Below, in pieces: positions 57,699-64,000 of a stretch of DNA of 64,000 bases. Below the pieces are notes generated by a model, which saw only the letters and a list, made by a program, of their open reading frames with translations, was not told the origin of the DNA and did not search any database. Positions within the stretch are counted from its first letter, which is position 1, and the number at the start of each line of letters is the position of its first letter. A program made the position numbers and the translations under genes. Source of the DNA: Candidatus Velesiimonas alkalicola (GTDB taxonomy: Bacteria; Omnitrophota; Gorgyraeia; Velesiimonadales; Velesiimonadaceae); contig NDHX01000004.1 in the NCBI GenBank assembly GCA_013626165.1, positions 565 through 64,564 of the forward strand, given 5' to 3'.

Positions 57699-58697
57699 AT
57701 GCAAGTGCCACTAGTATTTATTGTTGTTGTAGCAGTAGTAGTAGTTTTCCTTTTTTTGTTTGTACATCTTATTCCTATAAGGCTGTGGATTGCAGCAGTT
57801 GCATCTGGGGTAAAGGTAAGTGTAATCAGTCTTGTTGGTATGAGGTTAAGAGCGGTAAGGCCTGAGATAATTGTTCCGTCTCTGATAAGTAGCCATAAGG
57901 CAGGTATTTCGCTTTCATCCGATGCATTAGAAGCACACTATCTTGCAGGAGGAGATGTTGTAAAGGTTGTATATGCACTTATTGCAGCAGATAAGGCGAA
58001 CCTAGGGCTTACATTTGAAAGAGCCTGTGCAATTGACCTTGCCGGGAGAGATGTCCTTGATGCTGTAAAAACAAGTGTAAATCCGAAGGTAATAGACTGT
58101 CCTGCAAAAGACAGTAGAAAAGAAAACATAGACGCAGTTGCTATGGATGGGATTCAATTAAGGGCCAAGGCAAGGGTCACTGTAAGAACGAATATTGAAA
58201 GGCTTGTTGGAGGAGCAACAGAAGAAACAATCGTTGCTCGTGTTGGAGAAGGGATAGTATCTACCATAGGTTCTTCGGAAACATATAAAAGGGTTCTTGA
58301 AAATCCTGATTCCATATCAAAAACGGTTCTTGCAAAAGGGCTTGATTCAGGAACAGCATTTCAGATACTTTCAATTGATATTGCAGATATAGATGTCGGA
58401 GAAAATATTGGCGCACAGTTGCAGGCAAAACAAGCAGAAGCAGACCTACAGGTTGCAAGAGCAAGAGCCGAAACAAGAAGGGCCCTTGCAGTTGCACAGG
58501 AACAGGAAATGAAAGCAAAAACACAGGAGATGAAAGCCAAAGTTGTAGAAGCAGAGGCAGAGGTTCCAAAGGCAATTGCATATGCATTCAGAGAGGGAAA
58601 ACTCGGAGTTATGGATTATTATAACTTAAAAAATATACAGGCAGATACACAAATGAGAGAAAAAATAGCAGGTCCTGAAAAAATAAAGGAAGAATAA
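57699..58697 (+). CDS. floA: Flotillin-like protein FloA (YqfA)
   Basis: [47 protein letters not shown]. Confidence 0.95.
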   Translation: MQVPLVFIVVVAVVVVFLFLFVHLIPIRLWIAAVASGVKVSVISLVGMRLRAVRPEIIVPSLISSHKAGISLSSDALEAHYLAGGDVVKVVYALIAADKANLGLTFERACAIDLAGRDVLDAVKTSVNPKVIDCPAKDSRKENIDAVAMDGIQLRAKARVTVRTNIERLVGGATEETIVARVGEGIVSTIGSSETYKRVLENPDSISKTVLAKGLDSGTAFQILSIDIADIDVGENIGAQLQAKQAEADLQVARARAETRRALAVAQEQEMKAKTQEMKAKVVEAEAEVPKAIAYAFREGKLGVMDYYNLKNIQADTQMREKIAGPEKIKEE

Positions 58698-59146
58698 TGG
58701 AAAATGCAGAGAAATGGATATACCTTATTGTTATTGTAATATTTGTTATATCAACAATAGCAAGCCTTCTTAATGCAATCAAAGAAAAAAAGTCTTCTGC
58801 TCCCGAGGGACATGAAGGGTGGACACTGAAAGATATTTTTAAAGTCATAGGTCAGGAAGAGGAGGTTGAAATTCCTCCTCAGAAACAGGTGCATAAATCA
58901 ACCCAACCTGTAAACACCTATCTGCAGGCTAAAGCACAAGGCACTGCCCAGCCTTCGCGCACAGAGGTTATGGCAGGTGGGATAAAAACTGAAGAAAAAA
59001 AAGAATACATACCTGTAAAAAAAGATTGTGTAGCACCTGTTCACTTAAAAGACTGGTTAGAGATTGAATCAGTAGAAAGTTTAAGGAAGTATATTATTTT
59101 TAACACTATATTGGGCAAGCCAAGGTGTAAAATAGGCAGGCTGTAG
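58697..59146 (+). CDS. Hypothetical membrane-anchored protein (YqfB-like position)
   Basis: N-terminal TM; C-terminal LRKYIIF..ILGKP; coupled to floA. Confidence 0.7.
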   Translation: MENAEKWIYLIVIVIFVISTIASLLNAIKEKKSSAPEGHEGWTLKDIFKVIGQEEEVEIPPQKQVHKSTQPVNTYLQAKAQGTAQPSRTEVMAGGIKTEEKKEYIPVKKDCVAPVHLKDWLEIESVESLRKYIIFNTILGKPRCKIGRL

Positions 59147-59193
59147 GCTATTAGACTGATAGCCACCTACGGTTTAAATAACCTGAAAAGCAA

Positions 59194-61851
59194 TTGAAAA
59201 CCGATGAAATAAGAAGTATCTATTTAGATTTCTTCAAAAGCAAAGGGCACAGGATAGTTCCATCTTCATCTCTTATACCTTTTGATGACCCGACACTTCT
59301 TTTTGCCGGTGCGGGGATGAACCAGTTTAAGGCAGAGTTTACCGGTTTTGTAAAAAACTTTAAAAGAGCCTGTTCCAGCCAGAAGTGTTTAAGAACCAGC
59401 GATATAGACAATGTGGGGAAAACCCCCAGACACCATACATTTTTTGAGATGCTCGGTAATTTTTCATTTGGGGATTATTTTAAAAAAGAAGCAATAGAAT
59501 GGTCATGGGAATTCCTTACACAGAGGATGAATCTTAAACAAGAACTTTTATGGATTTCAACATACAAAGGTGATGACGAGACGGACAGAATATGGAATAA
59601 AAACATAGGTGTTCCTTCTTCAAGAATAATTCAGCGCGGAGATAAAGAAAATTTTTGGCCTTCTAATGTAATAAAAGAAGGCCCTGATGGCCCTTGCGGA
59701 CCCTGTTCTGAAATATATTTTGACCAGGGCACTTCAGAAGAATGCAATAATCCTTCCTGTAATATAGAGTGTTCCTGCGGAAGATATGTTGAGATGTGGA
59801 ACCTTGTGTTCACGCAATACAACAGATTGTCTAAAGAAGGTAATGGAATCCTTGAAGCCCTTCCGAATAAAAATATAGATACGGGTATGGGACTTGAAAG
59901 AATCGCCGCAGTTGTGCAAAGTGTTTCTTCAAACTATGAGATAGATATAATAAAACCTCTTATAGGGATGATAAAAACATATTCAAAAAAAAATGGTAAT
60001 GGACAGTTTAATGTTTCATCAAAAGTTATTGCTGACCATATAAGGGCGGTTTGTTTTGCAGTAGGAGATGGTGTTATGCCGTCAAACGATGGAAGGGGAT
60101 ATGTAATAAGAATGCTTATTAGAAGGGCAATGAGATTTGCAAACCAGATAGATATTAAAAAACCTTTTCTTTATAGGATGGTGCCTCTTATTGCAGAGAT
60201 TATGAAACAGCCCTATCCTGAACTCCAGCAGAAAAGAGAAAGTATATCAGGCATAATACTTGCAGAAGAAAAAAGGTTTATTAAGACTCTTGAAGAGGGC
60301 AGTGCCCTGTTAAACAACTATATTGAAGATACTGTAAAGGCGGGTGGGAAGGTTTTATCTGGTGAGGTTGTTTTCAAGTTATACGATACATGTGGCTTTC
60401 CTGTGGATCTTACAGAGACAATTGCAAAAGAAAAAAATATTCATATAGATTTTGAAGGCTTTAAGTTGTGTATGGAACAACAAAAACAAGCATCAAGAAA
60501 GGTAAGCAGTATGGCAGGACAGATATTTGCCACTTCTCTTCTTTCAGAAAAAATAAAAGATAAAGATATTATATCTTCTTTTGTAGGATATGAGACGCTG
60601 TTTTCAGATTCAAAAATTATAGGCATATTAAAAAATCAGGAATGGGTAAGAAAAGAAGAGTCTGAGGCAGAGGTTGAGGTTATATTAGACAGGACCCCTT
60701 TTTATGCAGAATCAGGCGGTCAGGTAGGAGATACTGGCTTTTTAAGGACAGAAAATTCTATAACAGAGGTTTATAATACATATAAAATAGCAGATACAAT
60801 CTTACACAGGTGTAGGGTCAAACAGGGAAGCATTGGCATAGGACAGTGTGTATCTTCAATTGTGGACAAACAAAGAAGGCTTTCTATTGCAAGAAATCAC
60901 ACTGCAACACATATCCTCCGGTCTATTTTAAGACAGGTTCTTGGAAGCCATGTTGAGCAATCGGGCTCATATGTGGGACCTGACAGGCTTCGTTTTGATT
61001 TTACACACTTTGAGGCGATAGATGATGAGGACATAGACCAGATAGAAAAAAAAGTAAATCAGGTTATACTGGAAAATATCCCGTTGGATATAAGAACGAC
61101 AACATTTGAAGATGCCAAAGAACAGGGTGCCACGACACTTTTTATAGAGAAGTATACTGAAAAGGTACGATTGGTAAGCATACAGGAAGTGTCAAAAGAA
61201 CTTTGTGCAGGGACACACATAGGGTCAACAGGTCAGACAGGGCTTTTTATAATTTTAAGTGAGACATCTGTTGCAGGCGGTATAAGAAGAATTGAAGCAA
61301 TTACAGGAGAAGAAGCATATAATTTTGTAAAAGAAAAACAGAAAAAATTATCAGAGATTTCAAAAGTGTTAAATACGCAGGAACAAAGGATTATTCCTGC
61401 CATTGAAAAGATTCAAATCTGTCTGAAGGATATTGAAAAAGAAAACTTTCTGCTTAAAACCAGAGGGACGGAAGATATATCAGATATTTTACAGGATTCC
61501 TGCAAGATACAGGATACACTTGTGGTAGTTAAAAATATTAAAGATGCCAATGATAAACAGTTAAGAGCCATATTAGACAGGATAAAAAGCAGTGTAAAAA
61601 GTGCAAGCGTTGTCCTGCTTTCTATAAAAGAAGACAGGGTAATAATTGCAACAGCTGTAAGCAATGACCTTACTTCAAAGATAAATGCCGGAAGACTTGC
61701 AAATGAGGTTGCAAAAAAGGTAGGCGGTGCCGGTGGAGGAAAACCAGGTTTGGGTCAGGCTGGGGGAAAAAACATAGAAAAGATAGACGAAGCAATTGCA
61801 TTTGCAAAAGAATATCTAAAAGCAACAATTATCAGTCAGAGAGAAAAATGA
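59194..61851 (+). CDS. alaS: Alanine--tRNA ligase
   Basis: DPTLLF, HHTFFEMLGNFSFGDYFK, IDTGMGLER, NHTATH, ELCAGTH, GGGGKP. Confidence 0.97.
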   Translation: MKTDEIRSIYLDFFKSKGHRIVPSSSLIPFDDPTLLFAGAGMNQFKAEFTGFVKNFKRACSSQKCLRTSDIDNVGKTPRHHTFFEMLGNFSFGDYFKKEAIEWSWEFLTQRMNLKQELLWISTYKGDDETDRIWNKNIGVPSSRIIQRGDKENFWPSNVIKEGPDGPCGPCSEIYFDQGTSEECNNPSCNIECSCGRYVEMWNLVFTQYNRLSKEGNGILEALPNKNIDTGMGLERIAAVVQSVSSNYEIDIIKPLIGMIKTYSKKNGNGQFNVSSKVIADHIRAVCFAVGDGVMPSNDGRGYVIRMLIRRAMRFANQIDIKKPFLYRMVPLIAEIMKQPYPELQQKRESISGIILAEEKRFIKTLEEGSALLNNYIEDTVKAGGKVLSGEVVFKLYDTCGFPVDLTETIAKEKNIHIDFEGFKLCMEQQKQASRKVSSMAGQIFATSLLSEKIKDKDIISSFVGYETLFSDSKIIGILKNQEWVRKEESEAEVEVILDRTPFYAESGGQVGDTGFLRTENSITEVYNTYKIADTILHRCRVKQGSIGIGQCVSSIVDKQRRLSIARNHTATHILRSILRQVLGSHVEQSGSYVGPDRLRFDFTHFEAIDDEDIDQIEKKVNQVILENIPLDIRTTTFEDAKEQGATTLFIEKYTEKVRLVSIQEVSKELCAGTHIGSTGQTGLFIILSETSVAGGIRRIEAITGEEAYNFVKEKQKKLSEISKVLNTQEQRIIPAIEKIQICLKDIEKENFLLKTRGTEDISDILQDSCKIQDTLVVVKNIKDANDKQLRAILDRIKSSVKSASVVLLSIKEDRVIIATAVSNDLTSKINAGRLANEVAKKVGGAGGGKPGLGQAGGKNIEKIDEAIAFAKEYLKATIISQREK

Positions 61852-63065
61852 AGGTCATTAAGTTTTCACAAAGAAGATTAGAAGAAATTTATAACAGGTC
61901 TATACAAAGAAGAAGGCGGGTAGAGTCTGTTGTATCAAAGATAATAGAAGATGTAAGGCTGAGCGGTGACAGGGCACTTTTAAGATACACAAGAAAGTTT
62001 GACAGGGTAAAAATTCATAGTAAGCAGTTACAGGTTTCAGAAAACGAAATAAACGGTTCATACCAGGACTTAAAACCCGATTTTCTTGATGCTCTAAAAT
62101 TTGCAATAAAAAATGTAAGAAACTTCTATGAGAAAAAACCTCTCAAATCCTGGAAGACAAAGCATCCTGATGGGATGGTGCTCGGAGAGATTATAACTCC
62201 GATAGAAAAAGTAGGCATCTATATACCAGGCGGAACAGCACCCCTTATTTCTACTGTTTATATGACAGTGGTTCCGGCACAGATTGCGGGTGTAAAAGAA
62301 ATTTATCTTACAACCCCTCCGGATAAAGAGGGATATGTAAATCCGTATATACTGGCTGTTGCAAACCTTTTGAAAGTAAAGGCTGTGTTTAAGGTAGGGG
62401 GAGCACAGGCAATTGCTGCGCTTGCACTGGGAACAAAAACCATACCCAGAGTAGATAAGATAGTGGGGCCCGGAAATGTTTATGTAACAGAGGCAAAAAG
62501 GCAGGTATTTGGTTATGTTGATGTGGATTCTTTAGCAGGACCCAGTGAAGTTGTAATAATTGCAAACCAACACACAAATCCAAAATATATCGTTGCAGAT
62601 ATGAAAGCACAGGCAGAACATTCTATGGGTGTTTCTATACTGATAACCCCTTCAAAAAGCCTTATAAGACAGGTAAAAGATAAAGATGTCCGAGGTTTTA
62701 TAATAAAGGTTAAAAATTTGGAAGAAGCGGCGGAGATTTCAAACAGGATTGCGCCCGAACATATTCAGATAATGGTAAAAAATCCTTACAATGTTTTAAA
62801 AAATATAAGAAACGCAGGTGCAATTTTTATAGGTCAGTATACTCCCACAGCAGTGGGAGACTATGTGGCAGGTCCGTCACATGTTCTTCCAACAGGAGGA
62901 ACAGCAAGATTTTTCTCAGGACTTTCTGTTCTGGATTTTGTTAAGAAGACCCATATCATTGGTATGACAAAAAAATCACTTGAGAATATAAGATGTGTTG
63001 TAGAGAAAATTTCAGAGGCCGAGGGTATGTCAAAACATTTAGAGTCTGTGAATGCAAGACTTTAG
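61848..63065 (+). CDS. hisD: Histidinol dehydrogenase
   Basis: GIYIPGG, GGAQAIAAL, GPGN, AGPSE, QAEH, APEH, GDY.AGPSHVLPT. Confidence 0.96.
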   Translation: MKVIKFSQRRLEEIYNRSIQRRRRVESVVSKIIEDVRLSGDRALLRYTRKFDRVKIHSKQLQVSENEINGSYQDLKPDFLDALKFAIKNVRNFYEKKPLKSWKTKHPDGMVLGEIITPIEKVGIYIPGGTAPLISTVYMTVVPAQIAGVKEIYLTTPPDKEGYVNPYILAVANLLKVKAVFKVGGAQAIAALALGTKTIPRVDKIVGPGNVYVTEAKRQVFGYVDVDSLAGPSEVVIIANQHTNPKYIVADMKAQAEHSMGVSILITPSKSLIRQVKDKDVRGFIIKVKNLEEAAEISNRIAPEHIQIMVKNPYNVLKNIRNAGAIFIGQYTPTAVGDYVAGPSHVLPTGGTARFFSGLSVLDFVKKTHIIGMTKKSLENIRCVVEKISEAEGMSKHLESVNARL

Positions 63066-63067
63066 AT

Positions 63068-63700
63068 ATGAAAAAACAAACTATAAAAATTCATAGAAAA
63101 ACAAAAGAAACCGATATAACACTAGATTTAAGATTATACGGAAAAGGAAGTGCAAGGACAGATACAGGGATACCGTTTCTTGACCACATGCTTGCACTTT
63201 TTTGTAAATTTTCATTTGTAGATATAAACTTAAAATCAGCAGGTGATTTAAGTGTAGATATACACCATACAAATGAAGATATAGGTATTGCGCTGGGCCT
63301 GGCAATATCGGATGCCTTAAAAAATAGGAGAAGTATAAAAAGATTTGGTAGTGCAATAGTTCCTATGGATGAGTCTTTGACAGGGGTCAGGGTCGCAGTG
63401 GATATAAGCGGAAGGTCTGGTTTTTACTGGACAACACCGAGGGGAGTAAAAAATATATCAATCCCGCAAGGCGCAATACAAACAGCAAAAGGTGCTAAAT
63501 ATTTATTACAGGATGTAAAACATTTCTTCAAGTCCTTTGCAGGTTCATCTCTTATTACTATGCATATAGATGTGTTAAAATCTGAGGACCCCCACCATAC
63601 AATTGAATCTATATTCAAGGCATGCGGTAAGGCATTTGCAGAAGCCGTAGCCATTGAAAAAAGGGCAGATTTTCCGTCCACAAAAGGAAGAATAATTTAA
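63068..63700 (+). CDS. hisB: Imidazoleglycerol-phosphate dehydratase
   Basis: RKTKET, FLDHML, DIHHTNED, PMDE, HHTIESIFKA, PSTKG. Confidence 0.95.
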   Translation: MKKQTIKIHRKTKETDITLDLRLYGKGSARTDTGIPFLDHMLALFCKFSFVDINLKSAGDLSVDIHHTNEDIGIALGLAISDALKNRRSIKRFGSAIVPMDESLTGVRVAVDISGRSGFYWTTPRGVKNISIPQGAIQTAKGAKYLLQDVKHFFKSFAGSSLITMHIDVLKSEDPHHTIESIFKACGKAFAEAVAIEKRADFPSTKGRII

Positions 63701-63734
63701 GTCCACAGTCAACAGTTTACTGGTAAGAAAAATT

Positions 63735-64000
63735 ATGCAGACAATAACACATATTGCGATACTTGGTTCTACCGGCTGTATCGGAACAGATACTCTTGAG
63801 GTTATAGATACTCTTGAAGAGGGTTTTAAGGTTGTTGCACTTGCAGCCGGAGAAAACATAAAACTTTTAGAAAAACAGTGCAAGAAATATGTTCCCAGTC
63901 TTGTGGTTGTCCAAGATGAAAAGAAAGCAGAAGAGTTAAAAAAAAGACTTACCCCTCTAAAAAAAACAAGTATATTATGGGGAGAAAAAGGACTGATAGA
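63735..64000 (+). CDS. dxr: 1-deoxy-D-xylulose-5-phosphate reductoisomerase, 5' part (runs off the window)
   Basis: Hand translation MQTITHIAILGSTGCIGTDTLEVI...FKVVALAAGENIKLL. Confidence 0.9.
   Translation, partial: MQTITHIAILGSTGCIGTDTLEVIDTLEEGFKVVALAAGENIKLLEKQCKKYVPSLVVVQDEKKAEELKKRLTPLKKTSILWGEKGLI

Overview
AT-rich bacterial chromosomal segment. Gene content and order (short Mfd, alginate-export-type porin, mreBCD-mrdA-rodA-TIGR03960, nfeD-floA-alaS-hisD-hisB) suggest an Omnitrophota/Ratteibacteria-like organism, but this is inference only. Most of the window is housekeeping: fatty-acid/lipoate genes, elongasome, gatCA, mfd/surA, secG, LPS glycosyl- and methyltransferases, mnmG/cinA/galK, alaS, hisDB and the 5' end of dxr. 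There are three accessory zones. (i) A GC-rich left edge truncates yicC. (ii) A type III R-M operon with an internal MNT-HEPN pair is bracketed by a 135-bp inverted duplication of its own HTH regulator gene. (iii) A mosaic at 36.7-48.7 kb holds two hicBA units with integron-cassette (attC-like) borders that are each cut by the same ~100-bp REP-like repeat, a tpsB/tpsA deletion fusion, several genes truncated at palindromes and a type IIG R-M gene. Other non-gene structure: palindromes inserted in frame in all three R-M genes, a 9-bp repeat always co-oriented with transcription, and an identical 20-bp leader on two OmpA-domain genes. No rRNA, tRNA, CRISPR array, integrase or transposase was seen. 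All calls come from motif recognition; no database searches were run.
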